The translations under genes and the position numbers were made by a program. Below the pieces are notes generated by a model. The model made no database searches and had not been told where the DNA came from. It saw nothing but the letters and a program-made list of their open reading frames with translations. A stretch of 64,000 nt of DNA, taken from positions 1,358 to 65,357 of IMG/VR virus record IMGVR_UViG_3300015603_000051. The stretch is one strand, 5' to 3'. The DNA comes from a virus (taxonomy: Duplodnaviria > Caudoviricetes). How positions within the stretch are numbered: the first letter of the stretch is position 1; each line of letters begins with the position of its first letter. Below, in pieces: positions 18,915 through 27,372 of the stretch.

Positions 18915-20246
18915 ATGGCTTCAGTAATATCTCCACTTCTACGCCTTGAGCTGATGGCTACTGGCGAGAAAAGCTCCACATGGGGCCTTACCACCAACTC
19001 TAACCTGAAGAACGTGCTGGAATCGGCCATCGCCGGCATATCTACATTCGCAGTGCCTCACACACTGACAGTGGCAAACAATGCACCAGATGAAGCCCGC
19101 AGTGCGATTCTAGTCGCGACCGGAGCCATCGGTAGTGCTCAGAAAATTACAATCCCTGCAGTCAGTAAAGTGTACGTGGTGCGCAATGCGACGACGGGCG
19201 GGTTTGCAGTTACGATCGGTACTGCTGCGGGCGACTTAGCCATAGTCCCATACCAAAGCACAATGACAGTGTACTGCGACGGAGCTAATACCTATCCAAC
19301 CATTGACATGGGGCTAGTAGAAGCTGCAGCTGCTTCGCTCGCCCTTAAAGCCCCTCTAGCCAGCCCGACGTTTACCGGCACGGCTACGTTCTCTGGCACT
19401 GTAGCGGGCATCACAAAGACCACAGTAGGACTAGCTAACGTAGATAACACAACGGATGCACTGAAGCCTGTCTCCACTGCGCAGGGGGCAGCCATTGGGC
19501 TGAAAGCCAATCTAGCATCGCCGACATTTACCGGCACTCCGAAATCGACCACGCCTGCGCAGTTCGACGGCACTACAAACATTGCTACCATGGAAGCGGT
19601 CCAAGAGGCGCTTGGCAGCCTTAGACCAGATGTTGCTTCATACTCCGCAACTAAGACACTGACCGCTGCGGATGTAGGCAAGTCTATTACACTCGGGGGT
19701 ACCGCAGCATGGACCCTGACTCTACCGTCGGGCGTAAACGCGCCTAGCGGAAGTGCCGTACACCTGTACAAAACAGGCGGTGCTGGTACTGTGACAGTAC
19801 GGTGTGGCGGGACAGATACCATAATTACATCTAGCGGCGCAACCCCAACCAGTATCGCGCTGGAAAACGGGGCAGACGTTATGTTAGTGAAACATGGCGG
19901 GCTGTGGATCATACGGGGTGGGTCTGTCAGGCTTAGATATGCTCCAGATTTCGATAGCACTTTCGCTTCTGCAGCTGGCAGTATGTCATTCCCCAACGGA
20001 TTCACTATGCAGTGGGGCGTGCATAGGTTCACACATGCAAGTGCTGGTACGCTGAATGCACTCATAACACTAGAGCACCCGCAGTCTATGTTTTTTTACT
20101 GTGACGCAAACGTAGAAACATCTACACCCAATGCATACTACGCATCCGCAATTATGCACTCTGCGACTCAGCTAAGAGTGTATTCCTATAACGCTGGGTA
20201 TGGCGACGTAGATGTGAAGTATTGCGCGTTCGGGATTAAATCTTAA
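18915..20246 (+). CDS. tail fibre protein
   Basis: LRLELMATGE...WG..TN.N N-terminus; APLASPTFTG repeats; C-terminal PNGF..QWG domain. Confidence 0.85.
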   Translation: MASVISPLLRLELMATGEKSSTWGLTTNSNLKNVLESAIAGISTFAVPHTLTVANNAPDEARSAILVATGAIGSAQKITIPAVSKVYVVRNATTGGFAVTIGTAAGDLAIVPYQSTMTVYCDGANTYPTIDMGLVEAAAASLALKAPLASPTFTGTATFSGTVAGITKTTVGLANVDNTTDALKPVSTAQGAAIGLKANLASPTFTGTPKSTTPAQFDGTTNIATMEAVQEALGSLRPDVASYSATKTLTAADVGKSITLGGTAAWTLTLPSGVNAPSGSAVHLYKTGGAGTVTVRCGGTDTIITSSGATPTSIALENGADVMLVKHGGLWIIRGGSVRLRYAPDFDSTFASAAGSMSFPNGFTMQWGVHRFTHASAGTLNALITLEHPQSMFFYCDANVETSTPNAYYASAIMHSATQLRVYSYNAGYGDVDVKYCAFGIKS

Positions 20247-20300
20247 ATTACTGCTAAGAATAATGGTGTGGCAGCACACAAATACCTAAAGAGAATTATT

Positions 20301-20648
20301 ATGTCAGCACAAGTAGAATATCAAGTAATACTTAATTGGCTAGGTGGGGCCATCTGTGTTCTTGGTGGATGGTTCCTGAATAACTTAGATCGCAGGTTTC
20401 GTGATAATGAAGTCGTGCAAAAGGGGCACGGAGACAAGATTCAGGCTATCGAGTTGCTTGTCGCCGGCGACTACGTGAAACGTGAAGATCATGAGAAATA
20501 CATGGCCGCTATTTTCAAGAAGCTAGACGCCATCGAGGATAAAGTTGATACCGTCCAAGTGGGGGTAGTAGCAGAGTTAAACGAAGTTAAACTTAAATGC
20601 GCAGTCGTACACGGAGGACCTAATGATAACTCCCGCCCAGCTCGTTGA
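20301..20648 (+). CDS. single-TM lysis-cassette protein (holin/antiholin-like)
   Basis: N-terminal hydrophobic helix, YVKRED, coiled coil; precedes the endolysin. Confidence 0.55.
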   Translation: MSAQVEYQVILNWLGGAICVLGGWFLNNLDRRFRDNEVVQKGHGDKIQAIELLVAGDYVKREDHEKYMAAIFKKLDAIEDKVDTVQVGVVAELNEVKLKCAVVHGGPNDNSRPAR

Positions 20649-21159
20649 AATTTATGGATGCTCTTATGAGCGTGCGAATCGGTACGCCGGCCCGCTGTCA
20701 GCTGCCATGGATAGGTTTGGAATCACATCTATAGCGAGTGTGTGCGCCTTCATCGCGCAGGTGGGGCATGAATCAGGGCGATTGCGGTACAACAAGGAGC
20801 TGGCTAGTGGTGCCGCGTATGACACCGGAAGGCTTGCAGAGCGTCTGGGAAACACACCAGAAGCTGACGGCGACGGCCAGCGCTACAAAGGGCGAGGTCC
20901 TATACAGATAACGGGTACAGATAATTATATTGCTTGTGGAGCCGCACTTGGGCTAGACTTGATTGCGAATCCTGAACTGCTGGAAACCGCTGAGTATGGC
21001 TGCGCTGCTGCTGCGTGGTTCTTCTCTGACCGTGGGTGCATCGAGGCCGCTGACGCCGGCGACTTTAGGAAAGTAACGAAGATCATCAACGGCGGGTACA
21101 ACGGTATGGAGGACAGGGAAGAGCTGTTCGCCAACGCACAGGAAGTATTAGGAGGATGA
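20623..21159 (+). CDS. endolysin, glycoside hydrolase family 19
   Basis: AFIAQVGHESG, GDGQRYKGRGPIQITG..NY, TKIINGGYNG..DR. Confidence 0.93.
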   Translation: MITPAQLVEIYGCSYERANRYAGPLSAAMDRFGITSIASVCAFIAQVGHESGRLRYNKELASGAAYDTGRLAERLGNTPEADGDGQRYKGRGPIQITGTDNYIACGAALGLDLIANPELLETAEYGCAAAAWFFSDRGCIEAADAGDFRKVTKIINGGYNGMEDREELFANAQEVLGG

Positions 21160-21160
21160 T

Positions 21161-21382
21161 ATGACTAAGGCTGAGTTGAAAGAATATGTCATTGCGCGTC
21201 TGACTGAGGCTAGCACATGGCAAGGCATCGGATTCCTTGTGGCGCTGACAGGATGCAAGGCAGGGCTAGGACTAGACTGGGGGCAGGCTGCTGGGCTGGG
21301 TGGCATCTTATCTGCGGTGCTGAAAATGATGTTCCCTGATGCACGACCAGAATCGGAGAAACCCAATGTTGAATCTACTTAA
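21161..21382 (+). CDS. putative holin
   Basis: 73 aa, two hydrophobic segments, RL.E.STW.G motif; follows the endolysin. Confidence 0.65.
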   Translation: MTKAELKEYVIARLTEASTWQGIGFLVALTGCKAGLGLDWGQAAGLGGILSAVLKMMFPDARPESEKPNVEST

Positions 21383-21884
21383 CCCCGGAACATGGCTTGT
21401 CGCTATACTGGCGCTCGCAGTATCTTTCGGTGCCGGCTGGATGGAGAAGGGCAAGCGTGTAGAGGCGGAAAAGGCCGTTGCGGCGAGTATAGCGAAGGAC
21501 GAGGCGTTATCGAAGGAGCGGCAGGCGCGCGACGCGGTGCAGGCTACGGCAGCTGGGTATCAACTTAAACTCGCAGAAAACCAGAAGAGGTCAGATGATG
21601 AAATGTCTAAACTTAGAAAAAAACTTGCAGCTATGCCTGTGTGCGCTGTGTCTGGTGATACTGTCGGGATGCTCTACCCCATGGGTGCAGTCAGCCTGCC
21701 CGGAAGTACCCCCGCTGGACTCCGCACTAGCAGCTTCCCCGCGTATGCTGATTCTACCTGTGCAGCTCAACTCGAGCTTGCCGCCCGCAACTACAGAGAA
21801 GTCTGCATCCCAAACGCCGAGCAATTGATAGGCGTGCAGAAAGCGTACTCCGACGTACAGCAGCTGTTTAAAACTAAGAAGTAG
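21366..21884 (+). CDS. Rz-like i-spanin
   Basis: N-terminal TM helix ending in GAGW, then a coiled coil. Confidence 0.7.
   Translation: MLNLLNPGTWLVAILALAVSFGAGWMEKGKRVEAEKAVAASIAKDEALSKERQARDAVQATAAGYQLKLAENQKRSDDEMSKLRKKLAAMPVCAVSGDTVGMLYPMGAVSLPGSTPAGLRTSSFPAYADSTCAAQLELAARNYREVCIPNAEQLIGVQKAYSDVQQLFKTKK
21595..21828 (+). CDS. Rz1-like o-spanin lipoprotein, embedded in the +1 frame
   Basis: Lipobox LSGC after a hydrophobic stretch, Pro-rich mature part, fully inside Rz as in lambda. Confidence 0.7.
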   Translation: MMKCLNLEKNLQLCLCALCLVILSGCSTPWVQSACPEVPPLDSALAASPRMLILPVQLNSSLPPATTEKSASQTPSN

Positions 21885-21889
21885 CTTAT

Positions 21890-21918
21890 TTGACAGGGTG
21901 TGTAGGTGATGGTACTAT
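21890..21918 (+). promoter_or_regulatory. sigma70-like promoter of the RHH gene
   Basis: TTGACA-17 nt-TACTAT. Confidence 0.7.
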
Positions 21919-21925
21919 CCGCACC

Positions 21926-22054
21926 ATGAAACGTACAAACCTACACCTACCTCAGCAGCAGCTAGACGCACTTGATGCACTGGCCCAGAAACTCGGTATT
22001 TGCCGCGCAGAATTGATCCGCAAAGCGATACAAGATTTTCTTGACCAGCGTTAA
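21926..22054 (+). CDS. ribbon-helix-helix (CopG/Arc-like) regulator, 42 aa (not in ORF track)
   Basis: Translated by hand: MKRTNLHLPQQQLDALDALAQKLGICRAELIRKAIQDFLDQR. Confidence 0.85.
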   Translation: MKRTNLHLPQQQLDALDALAQKLGICRAELIRKAIQDFLDQR

Positions 22055-22154
22055 AACTTGCGCTATTTGTTGTTCTAGTGTAAATTAGCCTCACCGAAAG
22101 GCTGCATCACTACCTCGGGCGCTTATAAAACTGTCTCAACTACTCATAACAGAC

Positions 22155-23981
22155 ATGGCGCTCCAGAAACTAGACATTAAACCCGGGGTTTTCAGGAACA
22201 ATACCAATTACGCATCGGAGGGTAGATACTACTCCTGCGATAAGGTACGCTTCCGCGCGGGTGTCCCAGAGAAGATTGGTGGATGGGCTAAGAGTAGTGA
22301 GGGCACTTATGTTGGAGTCTGCCGAGCATTGTATGGCTGGACCATGCTTTCTGGTATACCTCTCGTTGCGCTCGGAACTACCAAGAAATACTATATAGAT
22401 GATAGTGGCACGCTCAGTGATATTACACCAGTCCAGCGCACTGCCACTCTAACAAATGCCGCGCTGTCAGTTACGGCGGATAGCCCAACTCTACGCATCG
22501 CAGATACCCACACGGCAGGTCTGGGTGACTATGTAACTATATCAGGCGCTATTGGGTTTGGTGGAGTAGCCGCAGCGGAGATAAATAAAGAGCACATAAT
22601 TACTGCGGTCGATGCATCCTATGTCGAAGTAACGCTGGCAGTAAACGCGACTTCCACGGCAACGGGCGGAGCGGGTGCTATCTCAGTAGCATATCAGCTC
22701 AACATAGCGCCTGATACGGGCACATACGGGTACGGCTGGGGGGCAGGCATATGGGGGCACGAAACTTGGGGCTCTGCTGCTTCTGTTGGAATACCGTCGC
22801 AACCTCGGCTGTGGGCACAAACATCATTTGGCGAAATACATGTGTTCGCTCCAGTTGGTGGCGCTATCTACTACCACACAGGGTCAAATCTGGCAACGAG
22901 GGCCCTGCCGCTTACAGGTATGGCTGGTGCAAGTGATGTTCCGTTGATGTGCACTGATCTGATTATGTCTCGCGCCGATAGGCACCTGATTGCTTTCGGA
23001 TGCAATACCATAGGCGCCACCGCACAGGACCCGCTGCTAATTCGTTGGTGTGAGACAGAAGATTTGGCGAACTGGACCCCGACACAGACTAATGCCGCTG
23101 GCGATCTACGCGTCGGTGCGGGCAACGCCATCATCTGTGCAGTAAGTGTGAAGCAAGAGATTCTGGTGTTCACTGACGGCTCGCTCCATTCAATGCAGTA
23201 CGTCGGCGCCCCATATACCTATGGCATCACGCCAGTAGGAGATAACATTTCCATCGCTTCAAAGAACGCAGTAGCCACGGCAAATAGCATAGTCTACTGG
23301 ATGGGAGTGGACAAGTTTTACGCCTACTCTGGCTCTGTCAACACACTCCCATGTGACCTGCAAGAATATGTGTTTTCAGACATAAACACAGAGCAATTAA
23401 GTCAAGTATGCGCTGGCACTAACGAGGGGTTCAGTGAAATCTGGTGGCACTACCCCTCAAAAGATAGCCAAGAAGTCGATCGGTATGTCGTATTCAATTA
23501 CCAAGAGCAGTGCTGGTACTACGGCACTATGGGGCGTACCGCATGGCTAGATAACCCAAGCCGTAGGTATCCCGTCGCTGCAGCAAATGGATACTTATAT
23601 AACCATGAGTTCGGTGTAGATGATGACTACTTTGCGCCAATCAACGCGTACATCGAGACGGCTGATTTTGATATTGGTGAGGGCGATCGGTTTGCGTTTG
23701 TACGCCGCATCCTGCCGGATGTGAATTTCAACGGGTCTGATGCTGTAGCTCCCCAAGTGACAATGACAATTACGCCGAGGAACACCCCCGGCAGCGCGTA
23801 CGCCGACAATAATGCAAAGCCTGTTACGTCTACCAACTTGGACATTACACAGTACACAGAGCAGTGCCATGTACGCCTGCGCGGGCGCCAGATGAAGTTC
23901 CGCATTGAGAGCAACCAGATCGGCTGCCAGTGGCGGCTTGGGCATACCAGAGTTGACATTCAGACGGACGGTGCCAAATGA
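22155..23981 (+). CDS. tail nozzle/DNA stabilization protein (P22 gp10-like)
   Basis: 608-aa beta-rich protein before the ejection genes; KVRFR.G.PEKIGGW, IRWC..E and RTAW.D motifs. Confidence 0.7.
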   Translation: MALQKLDIKPGVFRNNTNYASEGRYYSCDKVRFRAGVPEKIGGWAKSSEGTYVGVCRALYGWTMLSGIPLVALGTTKKYYIDDSGTLSDITPVQRTATLTNAALSVTADSPTLRIADTHTAGLGDYVTISGAIGFGGVAAAEINKEHIITAVDASYVEVTLAVNATSTATGGAGAISVAYQLNIAPDTGTYGYGWGAGIWGHETWGSAASVGIPSQPRLWAQTSFGEIHVFAPVGGAIYYHTGSNLATRALPLTGMAGASDVPLMCTDLIMSRADRHLIAFGCNTIGATAQDPLLIRWCETEDLANWTPTQTNAAGDLRVGAGNAIICAVSVKQEILVFTDGSLHSMQYVGAPYTYGITPVGDNISIASKNAVATANSIVYWMGVDKFYAYSGSVNTLPCDLQEYVFSDINTEQLSQVCAGTNEGFSEIWWHYPSKDSQEVDRYVVFNYQEQCWYYGTMGRTAWLDNPSRRYPVAAANGYLYNHEFGVDDDYFAPINAYIETADFDIGEGDRFAFVRRILPDVNFNGSDAVAPQVTMTITPRNTPGSAYADNNAKPVTSTNLDITQYTEQCHVRLRGRQMKFRIESNQIGCQWRLGHTRVDIQTDGAK

Positions 23982-24208
23982 CAATACCAGCACTTCTCCC
24001 TAATATCCCCTCACCGCCAGCGGAGTATAGCAAGGCGTATATGGAGTCTGTCATACAGGCACTCATGCTGCATCTGAGAACTATGAACGCAATCGGGAAC
24101 ATCACAGTGGCGGGTGCCGTGATGACTGCGCTACCAACAAGTGCCGCAGGCTTGCCGGTCGGTACGCTCTGGAATGATGCAGGTACAGTGAAAGTGACAT
24201 TGCCATGA
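23978..24208 (+). CDS. small tail-associated protein
   Basis: ATGA overlaps; LPTSAAGL..G.LWND.GTVKV motif. Confidence 0.65.
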   Translation: MTIPALLPNIPSPPAEYSKAYMESVIQALMLHLRTMNAIGNITVAGAVMTALPTSAAGLPVGTLWNDAGTVKVTLP

Positions 24209-24633
24209 GTGCCGTAGCCCTGACAGATGGACAGAAGAAGCTGATGGCGCTGGAAGCGCAGATGGCTGCATTGCCACAGCATGTGTTCCCTACTCGCCAC
24301 TTCCAAGCAAATGGCTTGTATGCCCGTGAAATCGTGATTGCCAAAGGCGTGCTTCTGACGGGGAAAATCCACAAGTTCAGCCAGATCAATACAATTTCGC
24401 AGGGTGACATTTCTGTCATGACTGAGGATGGGATAAAAAGACTGCAAGCACCATGTACCTTCGTCTCACCAGCAGGAATTAAGCGTGCAGGGTACGCACA
24501 TGAAGACACGATCTGGACTACCTATTGCGGTACAGAAGAGACAGATTTAGAAAAACTTGACGACGCTCTTACCGTAACAACATTTGAAGCATATATAGAA
24601 TTCTGCGCACCAAAGCAGATCGAAGGAGAATAG
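24205..24633 (+). CDS. cupin-like protein
   Basis: HF..GLYAREI.I.KG..LTGKIH, S..G.KR.GYAHEDT.W motifs. Confidence 0.7.
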   Translation: MSAVALTDGQKKLMALEAQMAALPQHVFPTRHFQANGLYAREIVIAKGVLLTGKIHKFSQINTISQGDISVMTEDGIKRLQAPCTFVSPAGIKRAGYAHEDTIWTTYCGTEETDLEKLDDALTVTTFEAYIEFCAPKQIEGE

Positions 24634-24634
24634 T

Positions 24635-25912
24635 ATGGCATTCGTATTTTCAGGAATTTTCGCAGGTACAGCCGCCGCCGGAGCGCTAACCTCTGCCGCA
24701 GCGATCGAAGCTGCACTGGCCGCCGGGACTATTACCGCTGTTGAAGCTGCAGCCGCTACCGCAGCCCTTGGAACAACTGCCGCAGCCGGTGCAGGTGCAT
24801 TAGGTACAGCTGCAGCCACAGGAGAAGCGGCAGCAGGTATTGGCGGGATGCTCGAAGGCGGCGCTGGAGTTGGTGCTATAACTGAAGGCGGTATTGGTGC
24901 ACTAGCCCCAGAAGTTGGGGGTGGTTTCTTAACTGATGCTGCCGCCACAGGTGGCGGAGACTTGGCACTTACACAGGCAGCAACTCCCGGGGAGTATTTG
25001 TTATCTGGTGGCGGAGCAGAGACAGGCGGTATGACGGGCGAGATTGTTCCCGCAGCATCACAGTCAGCCCCCACACTTGCAAACAGCGCACCACTCCAAA
25101 CGATAGGCGAAGGCGCAGGTGAAGTCGGTGGGCTGGGCTCGAACACAGGCATTATGCAAACCGTCGGTGAGGGGGCAGGTGAAGTTGGCGGACTAGGCTC
25201 TGGCACACAGAGCGCGGCGGGGAAAACACTTGGCGAAAAATGGGCAGCAATGACCTTAAAAGAGCAGATGCAGACAGGCATGCTTGGCGGCTCTGTTGCG
25301 CTTATGGGCCTTGGTGCACTGACCAAAAAAGATGATAAGAAGCGTGCACATGCAAAGCCGTATAACAGGCAGTTCGACCCAAGCATGGGCATTTACCCTA
25401 GCATGTCTGGGCAGGGGCTGGGGTTCGCTAAGGGCGGCATTGCATCACTGCCTGCTCCGGGGATGGACGCGTACGCAGCAAAAAAGGTAGCCACGATACG
25501 TCAGCGGTATCGTTCAAAGGCCGACGCAATCGCTGAGCTTAACGACCCGAACAGTGTGGTTGTGCAAGCAGGTATCAATTCTGCAGACGACCCACTATTG
25601 CAGCAGGCTTTCGGGTACACGTCCAGACAAGGAAAACAAGTTGAAAAAGGTCCACAGTACATGGCTGGTGGTGGCATGGCTGGTGATGGCATGTCAGACA
25701 GTATCCCCGCTACAATCGAGGGGCGCGCCCCAGCAAGACTCGCTGCGAACGAATACGTCGTACCCGCAGATGTGGTCAGCCACCTTGGCAATGGGTCCTC
25801 AGACGCAGGTGCACAGCAGATGAATAGCATGGTCGCCCGCATCAGGAAGGCCCGCACCGGCACCACGAAGCAAGCACCGAAAGTCAGCCCGAAAAGGTTT
25901 ATGCCTGCATGA
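24635..25912 (+). CDS. putative ejection/internal virion protein
   Basis: Ala/Gly-rich; duplicated QTxGEGAGEVGGLGS; C-terminal GDGMSDSIPA..RLA..EYVVPADVVS.LGNGSSDAGA. Confidence 0.65.
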   Translation: MAFVFSGIFAGTAAAGALTSAAAIEAALAAGTITAVEAAAATAALGTTAAAGAGALGTAAATGEAAAGIGGMLEGGAGVGAITEGGIGALAPEVGGGFLTDAAATGGGDLALTQAATPGEYLLSGGGAETGGMTGEIVPAASQSAPTLANSAPLQTIGEGAGEVGGLGSNTGIMQTVGEGAGEVGGLGSGTQSAAGKTLGEKWAAMTLKEQMQTGMLGGSVALMGLGALTKKDDKKRAHAKPYNRQFDPSMGIYPSMSGQGLGFAKGGIASLPAPGMDAYAAKKVATIRQRYRSKADAIAELNDPNSVVVQAGINSADDPLLQQAFGYTSRQGKQVEKGPQYMAGGGMAGDGMSDSIPATIEGRAPARLAANEYVVPADVVSHLGNGSSDAGAQQMNSMVARIRKARTGTTKQAPKVSPKRFMPA

Positions 25913-26349
25913 AACTCTACGCCATTCCACATGACAAGCTTTTAGTCGTGTTTCTCGAAATCGCACAATGGATGCCGAAGGCGGCTTCATGGCAAAGTTT
26001 CGACCGTGAGAATGGTGGATATAGGGCTGAGCATGTAGCTGCAGAAATATTTTCAGGTGAAGTATTACTGTGGGTTTTATTGGAAGAAGACACTGAGAAA
26101 GTTCTTGGCTTTCTTACGACAAAGATAGTACAGCGCTCAGCAGGCAAATGCCTGAATGTTGTGCACTGCGCAGGTGAAGAAGGCTGGTTAGAAGCCTGCA
26201 TGGATATGGTGTTTGAAACCTTCGAATCATTCGCGCGGGACGCCGGATGCGTAGGGATTGATTTTTTAGGGCGCCCCGGGTGGGCGCCGTTTGTGAAACA
26301 GCGCGGGTATAGCAAGACACCGCATGTGAATTACTACAAAGCGATTTAA
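25909..26349 (+). CDS. GNAT-like/head-assembly protein
   Basis: E.FARDAGC..I...GRPGW motif; among the ejection genes. Confidence 0.55.
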   Translation: MKLYAIPHDKLLVVFLEIAQWMPKAASWQSFDRENGGYRAEHVAAEIFSGEVLLWVLLEEDTEKVLGFLTTKIVQRSAGKCLNVVHCAGEEGWLEACMDMVFETFESFARDAGCVGIDFLGRPGWAPFVKQRGYSKTPHVNYYKAI

Positions 26350-26359
26350 GGAGAATATT

Positions 26360-27361
26360 ATGGGCGGCGGCGGATCAACAACCTCTACCAGCTACACCTC
26401 GAGCCTGCCAGAGTACGCAGAGCCGTATTTCATCAACATGATGGACCGCGCCGAGAATGCGTCATTGCAGCCTTACGCTGCCTATCAGGGCGACCGTACT
26501 GCGAACACCACAGCAGCCCAGCAGAGCGCCTACAACCAGATTGGCGGCCTACAGGAGCCCGAACAGTTAGGACAGGCCACAGGGCTCACACAGGCAGCCA
26601 CAGCTGCCTCTCTAGCTGGTACTGGCAGTTATCAGAGCCAAGACGTCAACTCGACGTACGACCCTGAGCAGTTCGGTGCGCAGCAGGCAGCGCAGTACAT
26701 GAGCCCGTACCAGCAGAATGTGACTGACTCGGCCATCGCTAAAGCCCAGAATATGTACATGACTGAGCGTAACGGGCGCGACGCCAATGCAGCGAAAGTT
26801 GGTGCGTTTGGTGGCAGTCGTCAAGGGTTGATGGAGAGCGCAGCGCTGAACAACTTCAATACTCAGGCATCTGATCTACAGTACAAGGGCATGCAGGATT
26901 CTTACACGAACGCACAGCAGCAGTTCGGTGCAGACCGTACCGCCCAGCAAAACGCCGCACAGATGCAGCTGGCCGCAGACACATCCAACCAGAGCGCAGA
27001 CGCACAAGCAGCCCAGATTCGCCAGTCAGGCTACAGCGCCGCACTACAGGGCGCGAACCAGCTTGGAACTCTCGGAGCGACGGAACAGCAGATGGCACTT
27101 GAGCGTGCTAATGCCCTGAACACGGTGGGCAAAGAGCAGCAGGCGACGACGCAGAAAGACCTTGACCAGCAGTACGCTGACTTCACAAATGCCCGCGACG
27201 CCGAGCGCAACAACCTGACTTTCTACTCAGGCATCCTGCGCGGTACAAACGGTGTACTCGGCCAAGATTCGACGACCTCGGCACCATCGCCAAGCATGGC
27301 ATCGCAATTAGGTGGTCTGGGCATTGCAGGCGCAGGCTTGTACGGCACAGCTACTAAGTAA
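26360..27361 (+). CDS. DNA ejection/pilot protein
   Basis: MGGGG start, Gln/Ala-rich, YMSPY.QNV, GAFGGSR, Gly-rich C-terminus. Confidence 0.7.
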   Translation: MGGGGSTTSTSYTSSLPEYAEPYFINMMDRAENASLQPYAAYQGDRTANTTAAQQSAYNQIGGLQEPEQLGQATGLTQAATAASLAGTGSYQSQDVNSTYDPEQFGAQQAAQYMSPYQQNVTDSAIAKAQNMYMTERNGRDANAAKVGAFGGSRQGLMESAALNNFNTQASDLQYKGMQDSYTNAQQQFGADRTAQQNAAQMQLAADTSNQSADAQAAQIRQSGYSAALQGANQLGTLGATEQQMALERANALNTVGKEQQATTQKDLDQQYADFTNARDAERNNLTFYSGILRGTNGVLGQDSTTSAPSPSMASQLGGLGIAGAGLYGTATK

Positions 27362-27372
27362 GGGGAATAAAA

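Noticed and set aside
20263-20282. TGGTGTGGCAGCACACAAA as an 11th palindrome copy
   Set aside because: Several mismatches and broken symmetry; may be chance.
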